A stretch of DNA of 64,000 nt from an uncultured Acidobacteriota bacterium (GTDB taxonomy: Bacteria; Actinomycetota; Acidimicrobiia; Spongiisociales; ZC4RG35), in the NCBI GenBank assembly GCA_963837055.1, contig CAWILU010000003.1, forward strand, positions 71,524 through 135,523, given 5' to 3'. A program made the translations under genes and the position numbers. Positions 1 to 9,351 of the stretch are shown here, piece after piece (within the stretch, counting starts at the first letter, position 1; each line of letters begins with the position of its first letter). The notes below the pieces were generated by a model. The model was not told the DNA's origin. It made no database searches and saw only the letters and a program-made list of their open reading frames with translations.

Positions 1-1
1 C

Positions 2-502
2 ACCTCTTCAATTCCGATCACCCGCATCGCGTCGGCAACTACCCAACCAGAACGCGTCGTCGGCCTCCATTTCTTCAACCCGGTCCCGATCATGGGTCTC
101 GTCGAACTGGTCACCACCGTGATGACCTCGCCAGAGACCGAGCGGGCGGCGCGGGAGTATGCCGAGTCACTCGGCAAGGCCGTGATCCAGGCCAAGGACC
201 GGGCGGGGTTCATCGTGAACATGCTTCTGGTCCCCTATCTGATCGGCGCCATCCGAATGTTCGAGGCAGGGGTTGCAACGCGGGAGGACATCGATACCGG
301 GATGCGACTTGGGGCAAACCACCCGATGGGCCCTCTGGAGCTCTCCGACTTCGTTGGTCTCGACACGATGAAACACATCGCCGATGTCTTGTTCGATGAG
401 TACAAGGACCCCTTCTACGCCTCACCGCCCTTGCTCACCAGGATGGTTGAAGCCGGGCTGCTCGGCCGCAAGACCGGGCGCGGCTTCTACGAATACGGTT
501 GA
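2..502 (+). CDS. 3-hydroxyacyl-CoA / 3-hydroxybutyryl-CoA dehydrogenase, C-terminal part (5' end outside the window)
   Basis: The frame is open from base 2 (TSSIPITRIASATTQPERVVGLHFFNPVPIMGLVELV...) and continues into ORF 92..502. The HFFNPV motif and C-terminal dimerisation region are typical of Hbd/FadB-type enzymes. Confidence 0.85.
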   Translation, partial: TSSIPITRIASATTQPERVVGLHFFNPVPIMGLVELVTTVMTSPETERAAREYAESLGKAVIQAKDRAGFIVNMLLVPYLIGAIRMFEAGVATREDIDTGMRLGANHPMGPLELSDFVGLDTMKHIADVLFDEYKDPFYASPPLLTRMVEAGLLGRKTGRGFYEYG

Positions 503-503
503 C

Positions 504-2618
504 CTAGCTGTTCAGGATCACGACTGGACACGGGGCCAGCCGGGTCAGATATTCGATTCGGGGTCCGAGATGGAGATGGGTCGTGCCCGCCCGGACACTC
601 GTTCCCAGAACCAGCAGATCGGCGTCCATCTCGGCAAGGGCGTCGAGGATCCCGGTCTCGACGTCGTCAGCCTCCCGGACTTCGGTCTCCACATGCTGGC
701 CCATCCGGGTGGCGAGGATCTCGAACTCCGCCGTGACGTCGAGGGCGATGTTGGGCCGCATGCCCGACAGCCGGGATGGAGTGACGACATGGACTCCGGT
801 GACGACGGCATCCGACCCTGCGATGGCAAACGCGAGGTCTGCGGCGTTTCTCGAGCTGGCGCTGGCGCTGGCCGGGACCAGGATCCGCGAGGGAGCCCAT
901 TCCTCGGGCACGTTCTCACCCCTCACCACCAGCGTTGGGGTACGGGACAGCTTGATCAGATCGTCGATGACAGGCCCGAACACGCCCTCGCCGGAGCCAC
1001 TCATGGTCGGAGTGCCGATCACCAGGAGGTCGTAGTCGGCCTCCGCCTCGTGCAGGATCGCCTCAACCGGATCGTGGTTGGAGACGATCCGGGTCGTCGT
1101 CCCACCATCCCGGAACACTGCCCGCAGAGAGTTGAGGTAGGCACCGGCCAGCACTCTGTCCTGATCCCCTGCCACGGCGAGCAAAGTGGTGGAGATCTCG
1201 TTGAACTCACCGAGACGGGCAACGAGCACCGCCTGGATGGTCTGGGTTCCGACCTGTCCGATCCGGGGCCGGACCGGAACCAGCACCCGCCTCAGCCCTG
1301 AGAGGAAGCTGGTCTTGATCACCTCCTCCCGCGCCAGTCGTAGCTCCTCGTCAGCTCCGGGCTCGACCCGGGCAAGACAGAAGCGGAGAGCGGACGGCGC
1401 CGCGATCGACGTCACCACCGCCATCAACACGATGATCGAGAACATCTCGGTGGTGAGAATCCCCAGCGAGAGACCGATGGTTGCGATGATGATCTCCACC
1501 GCCCCGCGTGCGTTGAGACCAGAGCCATAGGCCAGGGCAGACCAATGATCCTGCCCGGAGATGTATCGGGCACCCAAATAGGCGCCGGCGACCTTGCCAA
1601 ACGTGGCCACGAGAATCACCAGCACCGCAACGAAGATGAGCTCCGGCTCCAGGATCGAGCCGAGGTTGACCTTGAGTCCGGCCACTGCGAAGAAGATCGG
1701 CGCGAACACGGCGAGAGCCATGCTCTCCAGTTTGTGGACCACATCGGTGGGGAGACGGGACAGGCGGCCGAACAGGATCCCAATGGCAAAGGCACCTATG
1801 ACCGGCTCCAGCCGGAGAGCCTGGGTGAATGCTCCCCAGGCGAAGGCGAGGACGACGACGAGCGTGAGGATGGCATCCCGACCCCGGAAACGGTCCTGAA
1901 TGAGGCCAAGACCGCGCTCGACCAGCACCCGCCCAACGGTGACGGTTGCCAGGATGAATATTGCGACCATCGCGAACGTCACCAGCACCGAGCCTGCAGT
2001 GAGCGTTTCGGCGCTGGCGAGAGCTGTCACCAGCCCCAGCAGCGTCCAACCCGTGATGTCATCGATCATCCCGGCCGCGAGCAAGGTCTGACCGAACTCG
2101 CGTCGCATCAGGTCGAGGTCCATGAGGATCTTGGCCAGCACCGGGATGGCGGAGATGGACAGCGCGGTCGCCACGAAGAGGGCGAACACCGTTCGATCAC
2201 TCGGGTCTACGAGAAGATCATCGGGGATGGCGTAACCGAGGGCGAGCCCGGTGATGAACGGGACCACCAGTCCTCCGACCGCCACTCCCAGCGCCACACC
2301 AATCCGACGCCGGATCAGGGACAAGTCTGTCTCGAGCCCGGTGATGACGAGCAGCAACATGACCCCGATCAGCGCCACCACCTCGAGCATGTAGCCCTGA
2401 ACCTCGGTCTGGGGCAGGATCCACTCGCCCAACCACGGCACCAGGCCCGAGAGCAGGGACCGTCCAAGGATCACCCCGGCGAGGATCTCACCGACAACCG
2501 CGGGCTGACCCATCCTCCGCGCCAGACCTCCGAGGAATCGAGCCGCGGCGAGGAGCACCGCGATCTGTATCACGAGTTGCAACACCTCAGCGTGGGAGGC
2601 GGCGCTGAACGTCTCCAA
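504..2618 (-). CDS. CPA2-family cation:proton antiporter fused to two C-terminal universal stress protein (USP) domains
   Basis: 704-aa ORF. The first ~400 aa are multi-helix hydrophobic sequence typical of Kef/NapA-like exchangers. Two USP-like modules follow (DYDLLVIGT..., DADLLVLGTS...PCPVVILN). The start codon at 2618 is TTG. Confidence 0.85.
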   Translation of the reverse strand: METFSAASHAEVLQLVIQIAVLLAAARFLGGLARRMGQPAVVGEILAGVILGRSLLSGLVPWLGEWILPQTEVQGYMLEVVALIGVMLLLVITGLETDLSLIRRRIGVALGVAVGGLVVPFITGLALGYAIPDDLLVDPSDRTVFALFVATALSISAIPVLAKILMDLDLMRREFGQTLLAAGMIDDITGWTLLGLVTALASAETLTAGSVLVTFAMVAIFILATVTVGRVLVERGLGLIQDRFRGRDAILTLVVVLAFAWGAFTQALRLEPVIGAFAIGILFGRLSRLPTDVVHKLESMALAVFAPIFFAVAGLKVNLGSILEPELIFVAVLVILVATFGKVAGAYLGARYISGQDHWSALAYGSGLNARGAVEIIIATIGLSLGILTTEMFSIIVLMAVVTSIAAPSALRFCLARVEPGADEELRLAREEVIKTSFLSGLRRVLVPVRPRIGQVGTQTIQAVLVARLGEFNEISTTLLAVAGDQDRVLAGAYLNSLRAVFRDGGTTTRIVSNHDPVEAILHEAEADYDLLVIGTPTMSGSGEGVFGPVIDDLIKLSRTPTLVVRGENVPEEWAPSRILVPASASASSRNAADLAFAIAGSDAVVTGVHVVTPSRLSGMRPNIALDVTAEFEILATRMGQHVETEVREADDVETGILDALAEMDADLLVLGTSVRAGTTHLHLGPRIEYLTRLAPCPVVILNS

Positions 2619-2643
2619 TATCGGTGCCTCTTGTCTTCCTCTG

Positions 2644-2770
2644 TCGCCTTGGGAGTTAGCTGACGGGCTCGGGCTGGAAGTTCGCCCTACCCGGCCTCCA
2701 GACCGGGATTCGCCCCGATGGGTTGGTTCCCCCCACCCGGCGCGGGGCCAGGTTCGGCGGTAAGGGCGAA
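2644..2770 (-). promoter_or_regulatory. c-di-AMP riboswitch (ydaO/yuaA class) in the 5' leader of the antiporter gene
   Basis: The minus strand reads UUCGCCCUU...GGGGGGAACCAACCCA...GGGGCGAAUCCCGG...GGUAGGGCGAAC...CCCGAGCCCGUCAGCUAACUCCCAAGGCGA. This matches the conserved ydaO blocks as I recall them (GGGGxACCCA, GGGGUGAAUCC, GUAGGG, CCGxCAGCUAAC...AAGCG) and includes a closing P1 helix (UCGCCCUU/AAGGCGA). It ends about 25 nt before the TTG start. Confidence 0.75.
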
Positions 2771-2851
2771 AATCTAGCCGGGGCTCGCTGCAATCCCGGG
2801 ATGTCTCTGGGTCCAGAGGACTAGTTCAGATGGCTGTGGAAAGAATGGGCC

Positions 2852-3478
2852 ATGCGGCCCATGCCCAAACGCTCCGAAATTGTGGATTATCCACAGGACA
2901 GGCAATCGATCGTTTTTCGGGAAAGGGCTGGGCAAGAGGTGATGGTGGCACCAAACCACGTCGAGGCGAGCGGGATGATGTCGAGCAGATTCGACGGTCT
3001 CGACACCATCGCCGGTCTCCTCGAGGTTGAGCGCTACCGCCTCGGAGACTGGGACGAGCCCTACGCCCGTCTCTACGCCATCGACTGCGCCTCGATAGTC
3101 TTCCGATATCACCTCCCCGACCTCACTGAGTCAGCCAGGGACTTCATCCAGCGTCTGCTCCATGAGGCGCTCCAGCTGGTGAGGGCGAATCGTGACAACG
3201 AGCTGGCCTCGATCGAGCGGGCCCTCATGACCGGGCTCGAAGCCGCCTCGAGGGTCACCAGGTCGGTCTGGCTGGTCGCCTTGAACGCTGTGCTCCCCGA
3301 CCCCTTCCGCGCCGCAGTGATGAGCACCGAGGCAGCCTTGCAGGCATTCGGGCATGGCCCCAACCCGCGGCGAGACGCGGTGGCCGAGGCCGTGCGTCGC
3401 CGAGTCTTCTCCCGGACCGAGGAAGCCGCGCTGCTCGGCTCTGTCACCCGGCTTCGGGCCCCCTCCGCCGTCGCCTGA
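2852..3478 (+). CDS. hypothetical all-helical protein (start uncertain, possibly the internal MMSSRF...)
   Basis: 208-aa ORF with no recognisable catalytic motif. The segment ARLYAIDCASIVFRYH loosely resembles the 'AADCAERVL' helical immunity-like families. It ends 40 nt before the macro-domain gene. Confidence 0.4.
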   Translation: MRPMPKRSEIVDYPQDRQSIVFRERAGQEVMVAPNHVEASGMMSSRFDGLDTIAGLLEVERYRLGDWDEPYARLYAIDCASIVFRYHLPDLTESARDFIQRLLHEALQLVRANRDNELASIERALMTGLEAASRVTRSVWLVALNAVLPDPFRAAVMSTEAALQAFGHGPNPRRDAVAEAVRRRVFSRTEEAALLGSVTRLRAPSAVA

Positions 3479-3518
3479 CACTCTCTCTCCCCCCGACGGG
3501 ACTTCCTACAGTCGACCC

Positions 3519-4043
3519 GTGACCCGTCTCGAGGCGATCCAGGCCGACATCACCACGATCGACGTAGACGTCATCGTCAATGCGGCCAACTCCTCGCTGA
3601 TGGGTGGTGGGGGTGTCGATGGTGCAATCCACCGGGCAGGTGGGCCCGCAATCCTGGAGGAATGTCGTGAGATAGTGAGCCGACAGGGCGACTTGCCCAC
3701 CGGTCAGGCAGTGATCACGACCGCTGGCAATCTGCACGCCCATCACGTGATCCACACGGTCGGTCCGATCTGGGGCACCGTGCCTGAGGCCGAGGCGACC
3801 AGGCTCCTCGCCTCTTGTTATCGAAACAGCCTCGATCTGGCTCATTCGGAGTCCGCCCGAACCTTGGCATTCCCCAACATCTCGACCGGTGTCTATCGGT
3901 TCCCCAAGGCGCTGGCTGCCCGAATTGCGATCAAGGCTGTGACCGACTGGGTGAGCGTGAACGACGGAACCATCGATTCGGTTCTGTTCGTTTGCTTCGG
4001 GTCGGAACATCTGGAGCTGTATCAGGACCTGCTCTCCAGCTGA
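3519..4043 (+). CDS. macro-domain protein (O-acetyl-ADP-ribose deacetylase, YmdB-like)
   Basis: LEAIQADITTIDVDVIVNAANSSLMGGGGVDGAIHRAGGP...VIHTVGP...AFPNISTGVY is the canonical macro-domain signature. An in-frame GTG at 3519 gives a typical ~174-aa protein. The longer ORF 3354..4043 overlaps the upstream gene. Confidence 0.85.
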   Translation: MTRLEAIQADITTIDVDVIVNAANSSLMGGGGVDGAIHRAGGPAILEECREIVSRQGDLPTGQAVITTAGNLHAHHVIHTVGPIWGTVPEAEATRLLASCYRNSLDLAHSESARTLAFPNISTGVYRFPKALAARIAIKAVTDWVSVNDGTIDSVLFVCFGSEHLELYQDLLSS

Positions 4044-4090
4044 CCCGGCTCATGCTCGCTTATGACAGGGGCAGCCCTAGGGTGTCCCGG

Positions 4091-6283
4091 ATGTCGGTCG
4101 GCACCCGACTTCGGCGAGCGAGCCTGGTTCTCCTCATGGCAGCCACGACGATGGTCGTGCCGGCTGAGCGAGTCACAGCGCAGGTTCCCCCCTGCCCGAG
4201 TCTGCCGATGCAGGCGGTGGAGCCGGTCGCCGAGTTCACCCCTTCAGCCGTGACCAGCAACAGGGCGCGCAATTGGCTCCGGATGCATCCGATGCCGATC
4301 ACTGGGCTGGTGCCAAGTCTGCCGAATCCGCCCGCCACGGTGGTCGATCGCTACATGGAGCCGTTCGGAGCCAACGCCGTCCACGTATGGATGGATGGCC
4401 CGCCCCAGGTCGAGAGCTGGCTTCAATATCGGCGGGGCGCCGGATTCCTCTCATGGCTCGCCGCCACCGGCAACTCACTCATCTGGAATGGGTCGCAGTT
4501 CGTCGATTCCGGGAAGGTGTTGGGAGGGCTTGCCCGGAACACCCCAGGACGCATTGGCTTCCAGGTCGGGGACGAGCCGGGCTCGGTCGCGGCATTGCAG
4601 GAGATCTCAGCAGGGATCAATCGAGCACGCGCAGCAGACCCCGATGCGCTCCTATTCACCAATCTCAGTTACTGGGCACCAAACTCGGCCCAGACGACCC
4701 AGCAATACGTGTCGTCTGTCGATGGCGATGTGGTGGTGACCGCCGACTACAACTTCGAATCGAGCCACTACACGGTTCTCCAGACCTTCCGCCGCGCCGG
4801 TCTCGCCAAGGGCGTCCCCTATTGGAACTACCTCAACGCCTATGTCGGCCAGGAGACCGACTGTCAGATCACCCACACCCGATCCGATCTGTTGTGGCAG
4901 GCGATGGCCGGACTCACCTTTGGGTACACCGGGCATTTCTGGTTCATCTACCAGGCGTCGACGACCGGGCATCCCAGCGCCACAGCATGGGGCGGCTCGA
5001 TCATCAACCAGCCCACCGGGACCTGGGGGGCGTCGCCCACCCAATATCACGGGATCATCGGTGAGGTGAACCGCCGTCTGGCCAACCTGGGCAAGGCAAT
5101 CACCCGCCTGACCTCGACGGATGTCAGATTCGTCAGGGCGAACCATGCTCTGAGCGAGCAGCCGGTCGACCTGCAGCCCTACACGGCGGGTGCCGGAGGG
5201 TTCCCCTACCTGTACGAGGTGGGACCGGCCCCGGGTCAGCCACCGCTGGAGATCCTGGTCGGCTTCTTCGTCGATGAGTTCGGTGAGCGCTACGTCGCGG
5301 TCCAGAACGCCCGCCACACGCACTCGACCGATCGCCCCAACCCGCCGCTCCCTGGCTCCAACGCGGTAGGCACGATTCATCTCAACTTCGACTTCTCCCC
5401 TGCCCCCGCCGGGCTCCCCAGAGACAACATGAGGGTTTTGCGCTCGGCCGACGGGGTGATGGGTGACCTGCCCCTGCAGAACCTTGGAGGAAATCTTCGG
5501 AGGGCGAACATCATCCTCGAAGCCGGCGACGCCGTCCTGCTCAAGTTCGATACCGCCCGTGACTTCGTCTTCGGCCCGGCCCGAGAGGACATCGGGCTGG
5601 TCGATCCGGCCAGTGGCGTCTGGCATCTTCGACGAGGTGGCGTCATGAGCTCGTTTTTCTACGGAAATCCGGGAGACACGCCGTTCATGGGCGACTGGGA
5701 TTGTGATGGGATCGACACACCCGGGCTGTATCGCCGTTCTGATGGGTTCGTCTACCTGCGAAACTCCAACACCCAGGGCATCGCCGATGTCAGCTACTTC
5801 TTCGGGAACCCTGGCGACCTGCCGATTGCAGGTGACTTCAACGCTGACGGCTGTGACACGGTCTCCATCTACCGGCCGTCGGAGGGAAGGGTCTACGTGA
5901 TCAACAGGCTTGGCTCCGGGTCTGCCGGCGCGGGGGCTGCCGACACGTCGTACTTCTTCGGCAACCCCGGCGACAAGCCGTTCGCCGGTGACTTCGACGG
6001 CGACGGGACCGACACCGTCGGTCTCCACCGAGAGACAACCGGCCTTGTCTATTTCCGGAACACCCACACCCAGGGGATCGCCGATAACCAGTACCTGTTT
6101 GGTGACCCGGGTGACCTGTTGGTGGCCGGCGATTGGACCGGGGTCGGGTTCTCCACGCCGTCACTGTTCCGGCCGAGCGCGACAACGTTCTATTTCAGAT
6201 ACACCAACACTCAGGGGATCGCCGACAACTCATTCCCCCTGGGCGACCAGGGCATGTTGCCCGTGGCAGGGTCCTTCGGCTGA
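4091..6283 (+). CDS. secreted protein: unknown ~480-aa N-terminal domain plus about five C-terminal FG-GAP/VCBS-like repeats
   Basis: The ATG at 4091 gives a signal peptide (MSVGTRLRRASLVLLMAATTMVVPAERVTAQ). The C-terminus repeats a ~45-aa module, FFGNPGD.P.AGDF..DG.DT....R...G..Y.RN..TQGIAD. Confidence 0.75.
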   Translation: MSVGTRLRRASLVLLMAATTMVVPAERVTAQVPPCPSLPMQAVEPVAEFTPSAVTSNRARNWLRMHPMPITGLVPSLPNPPATVVDRYMEPFGANAVHVWMDGPPQVESWLQYRRGAGFLSWLAATGNSLIWNGSQFVDSGKVLGGLARNTPGRIGFQVGDEPGSVAALQEISAGINRARAADPDALLFTNLSYWAPNSAQTTQQYVSSVDGDVVVTADYNFESSHYTVLQTFRRAGLAKGVPYWNYLNAYVGQETDCQITHTRSDLLWQAMAGLTFGYTGHFWFIYQASTTGHPSATAWGGSIINQPTGTWGASPTQYHGIIGEVNRRLANLGKAITRLTSTDVRFVRANHALSEQPVDLQPYTAGAGGFPYLYEVGPAPGQPPLEILVGFFVDEFGERYVAVQNARHTHSTDRPNPPLPGSNAVGTIHLNFDFSPAPAGLPRDNMRVLRSADGVMGDLPLQNLGGNLRRANIILEAGDAVLLKFDTARDFVFGPAREDIGLVDPASGVWHLRRGGVMSSFFYGNPGDTPFMGDWDCDGIDTPGLYRRSDGFVYLRNSNTQGIADVSYFFGNPGDLPIAGDFNADGCDTVSIYRPSEGRVYVINRLGSGSAGAGAADTSYFFGNPGDKPFAGDFDGDGTDTVGLHRETTGLVYFRNTHTQGIADNQYLFGDPGDLLVAGDWTGVGFSTPSLFRPSATTFYFRYTNTQGIADNSFPLGDQGMLPVAGSFG

Positions 6284-6293
6284 TCCGTCTATG

Positions 6294-7538
6294 TCAGACC
6301 GAAGCGCCGACACCTACATAGTTGGCGAGATGCTCGGTGAGATCTCTGGCGTCGTCCTCGGCGCCATGGATGAAGCTCGATTTACGCCGGCGCAGCATGT
6401 TGAGCCCGATCCGGTACATCCCGGGGGCTTCGGTCACCACGCCGGCGTCGTGGCGGATACGACCCTTACGATCCAGCACCCGGGCGTGCAGCCAGGAGTA
6501 ATCAGGTTGGAACCCGGTGGCCCAGATGATGGTTGAGATGCGCCCGTTTGAGAGGTCGAGACTGAGTGGCGGGGAATCATCCACCCGGGTCGGCGCGAAG
6601 CGATGTGCCGGCTCGATATCCCCCTCGAGGCCGCTCTGCGGGACCCAGTCATCGATGGTGTCCAGCAGTCGGTTCATCTTGAGGTCGGCGAGATTGCAGA
6701 GATTGCGGAGGGATCCAGATAGCTGGGCCGTCCCGTCCACGATCCCGGCCACACGGCCGACCAGAAGCACCCCCTGGTCGGTCAGGGCGTTCAGGTCGAG
6801 CGTCCTCCGCTCCGGAGTCCCCACCAACTGGGGCGACGGGATGTTGCGGGCGCGTACCAGATCGTCGACCTCGTCCCACCGCTCGTCGAGCACTCCGGTC
6901 CTGTCCAGCCACCACATGATGTCCTTGCCTCGATAGACCCGGGGCAGACGGACGTGCTCGCCCACCGACAGGGTCACCGGGCGCCCTGAGGCGTGTACCT
7001 CCTCAGCGATCTGAATCCCGGTAGCCGATGAGCCCACCACCAGCACGCCGCCCTCAGGTAGCAGCTCGGGCCTCCGGTACTGCAGCGCGGTGACCATCTC
7101 GACCGAGGCGGGGACGGTGTCGGCGACAGCCGGGACGCTGGCCAGGTTGAAGCCTCCCGTCGCCAAGACAACGCTGGTACTCGCCCAAGTTCCATCGGCG
7201 GTCACCACCTCGTAACCGTCCTCGGTGGGGCGAACCGAGGTGACCTTGGTGTTGGTATGAAGTGGAGCGTCGACGACTTTGGAGTAACCCTCGATGAAGT
7301 CGATCACCTCCGGCATGGTCATGAAGCCATCGGGATCCGAGCCGTCGTACTCGAAGCCGGGCAGCCGGCTCTGCCAATTGGGAGTGAGCAGGCGGAGAGA
7401 GTCCCAGCGCTCGGTGCGCCATGTATTGGCCACCTCGCCGCGCTCGATCACGACATGGTCGATCGAGCGCTGGCTGAGGAAGTGGCTGACGGCGAGACCG
7501 GCGTGACCGGCGCCGATCACAACCGTCGTCGTCCGCAT
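6294..7538 (-). CDS. FAD/NAD(P)-binding oxidoreductase (flavin-monooxygenase-like, CzcO/TrkA-type)
   Basis: N-terminal dinucleotide-binding motif VVIGAGHAGLA and a second GSSATG motif. 414 aa. Confidence 0.75.
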   Translation of the reverse strand: MRTTTVVIGAGHAGLAVSHFLSQRSIDHVVIERGEVANTWRTERWDSLRLLTPNWQSRLPGFEYDGSDPDGFMTMPEVIDFIEGYSKVVDAPLHTNTKVTSVRPTEDGYEVVTADGTWASTSVVLATGGFNLASVPAVADTVPASVEMVTALQYRRPELLPEGGVLVVGSSATGIQIAEEVHASGRPVTLSVGEHVRLPRVYRGKDIMWWLDRTGVLDERWDEVDDLVRARNIPSPQLVGTPERRTLDLNALTDQGVLLVGRVAGIVDGTAQLSGSLRNLCNLADLKMNRLLDTIDDWVPQSGLEGDIEPAHRFAPTRVDDSPPLSLDLSNGRISTIIWATGFQPDYSWLHARVLDRKGRIRHDAGVVTEAPGMYRIGLNMLRRRKSSFIHGAEDDARDLTEHLANYVGVGASV

Positions 7539-7549
7539 TCTGGTCCTGT

Positions 7550-8110
7550 TCAGTTGACCTCGACTGTCACATTGGTCGGGTTGGTGACCACGTCGAAGAC
7601 CGCAGACCGCTTCTGCGACTGGGCGACGATGGCTTCGATGTCTTCTTGCGTGGCTTCGGCGTCGATGTCGTAGTGCACCTTGATGTCATTGAACCCGTTC
7701 CGCACCTCGGGGTCGCCGCCGAGGATGCCCAGGACGTCCATGTTCCCCTCGATAGTCGCCTTCACCGAGTTGAGCTGAATGCCGCGGTTCTGCGCCACGG
7801 CAGCGACGCCTGCCGTCAGACAGCTGGCGAGGCCCACCAAGACGAGTTCGACAGGGGTCGCCCCGTTGTCCTCGGAGGCGAACACCTCCGGATGATCGGC
7901 CTCGAATGTGAAGGTGGAGCGATGCGATTGCTCGCCGCCGAGGCCGAAGAATCCCTTCACCTCCGATTGGCTGTGGGTGCCACCCACCCATTGAGTCGAC
8001 GCCTTCCAGGTGAACTGGGCCGCCTCCGGGGCATCGACGAGGGCGGTACGGGCATCGAGCAACGCTTGTACGTTGACTCCGTTGTCGACCGGTGTGTCGG
8101 TCGTCGTCAT
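7550..8110 (-). CDS. OsmC/Ohr-family peroxiredoxin-like protein
   Basis: 186-aa ORF with OsmC-type architecture (GATPVELVLVGLASCLT...). Confidence 0.75.
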   Translation of the reverse strand: MTTTDTPVDNGVNVQALLDARTALVDAPEAAQFTWKASTQWVGGTHSQSEVKGFFGLGGEQSHRSTFTFEADHPEVFASEDNGATPVELVLVGLASCLTAGVAAVAQNRGIQLNSVKATIEGNMDVLGILGGDPEVRNGFNDIKVHYDIDAEATQEDIEAIVAQSQKRSAVFDVVTNPTNVTVEVN

Positions 8111-8385
8111 TGTCTTCCTCCTTGTGGTCGGGATTTGCAGCGCAGGACGTCTCGATTGATCAACTCGTTGACTCTCGGGAGCCTTGACGTCCCTACGAGC
8201 GAATGACGTCGCTCGCGGCAGCCACCCGAGAGCAAAGACAGATACACGGGAGCCCGTGAAGGCGAGATTCGTGGTTGTGCGATTCTGTCATCGCTCCGCT
8301 TTCGGTTGCTGCGAGCTCACGGCAATTTGAGCAGGGAACCCAGGATGCGTCAAAGGAGCAGCATGGGGAATCGCCCCCATGCGAT

Positions 8386-9351
8386 TCAGAGCCAGCCGCT
8401 CTTCTTGAACCTGGTGTAGAGGAACAGGCACACCCCGGCCATGACCAGAAGCGCTGCCGGATAGCCCCACACAGCATCGATCTCGGGCATGTGCTCGAAG
8501 TTCATCCCCCAGATCCCGGCCAGCAAGGTAGGTATCGCGGCGATCGCCACATAAGCGGAGATCTTGCGCATGTCTTCGTTCTGACGAAGGCTGACCTGGG
8601 TCAGGTTGGCGGCGAGGACCGAGGTAAGTGTGTCCCGGTAGACGTTGATCCGGTCCAGAACCCGAAGGAGATGGTCGAGGACGTCACGAAAGTAGGGCTT
8701 CAAACTGGGGTCGATCGCCTTGAAATCATCGGTAGCCAGTCGATCCAAAGGGTCCTCGAGGGGCTCTACTGCCTCGTGGAAACTGAGCACCTCCTGCTTG
8801 AGCCGGTAGATGCGCTCAGAGTCCCCTTGCGAGGAGAAGACGTCCTCCTCTATGCCCCGAATATCGGCTCCCAGTTCGTCGAGAACCACTGCATAGTCCC
8901 TCACCACTTGATTGAGGATGCCATGAAGAACCGATCCCGGGCCGTAGGCGAGCCGCCCAGGATCTCCTTCCAGCTTGTGCCGAGCCTCGATAAGCCTGCT
9001 TGCCTCACCGTGCCGGACCGCCACCACGAAGTCCTCGTCGACGAAGATGAGGATCTCGCCGAATTCGACGATCTCCACCGGGTCGGCGTATCGGGCCGGC
9101 TTGGTGACGACGAAGAGTGTCTCGTCGAAGGTCTCCAGTTTGGGCCGCTGATGGGCGCGCAGGGCGTCGTCGACCGCGAGCTCGTGAAGCTCGAACGTCT
9201 TGACCGCCTGCGCGAACTCCTCCGCGCTCGGCTCGTGCAGGCCCACCCAGGCAAAGGTATCCGGCTCGGTGATCAGTCGCCCCGCCTCCTCGTAATCGAA
9301 TTCGCCGGGAACCCTCTGTCCGAGCTGATAGCAGGCAGCGTCGACGATCAT
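8386..9351 (-). CDS. corA: CorA-family Mg2+/Co2+ transporter
   Basis: C-terminal YGMNF-type signature (IWGMNFEHMPE) followed by the second TM helix. The ATG at 9351 (MIVDAACYQ...) overlaps the stop of the upstream gene as ATGA. Confidence 0.85.
   Translation of the reverse strand: MIVDAACYQLGQRVPGEFDYEEAGRLITEPDTFAWVGLHEPSAEEFAQAVKTFELHELAVDDALRAHQRPKLETFDETLFVVTKPARYADPVEIVEFGEILIFVDEDFVVAVRHGEASRLIEARHKLEGDPGRLAYGPGSVLHGILNQVVRDYAVVLDELGADIRGIEEDVFSSQGDSERIYRLKQEVLSFHEAVEPLEDPLDRLATDDFKAIDPSLKPYFRDVLDHLLRVLDRINVYRDTLTSVLAANLTQVSLRQNEDMRKISAYVAIAAIPTLLAGIWGMNFEHMPEIDAVWGYPAALLVMAGVCLFLYTRFKKSGWL

Noticed and set aside
384-2663. Long plus-strand ORFs (384..1301, 1545..2663) and many similar long ORFs elsewhere, e.g. 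24411..26054, 28764..30416, 31241..32887, 41487..42401, 55259..56023
   Set aside because: They lie antisense or out of frame to well-supported conserved genes. They have Arg/Pro/Gly-rich low-complexity translations typical of shadow ORFs in high-GC DNA.
2852-4043. DarT-DarG-like ADP-ribosylation toxin-antitoxin pair
   Set aside because: The upstream protein has no DUF4433/DarT motifs. The macro protein is a short stand-alone YmdB-like domain without the DarG C-terminal antitoxin domain.
8150-8172. TTGATCAA-centred imperfect palindrome (cgattgatcaactcg) upstream of the OsmC-family gene as an operator
   Set aside because: It is plausible but rests on a single short palindrome with no adjacent regulator gene. 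The evidence is insufficient to call a site.
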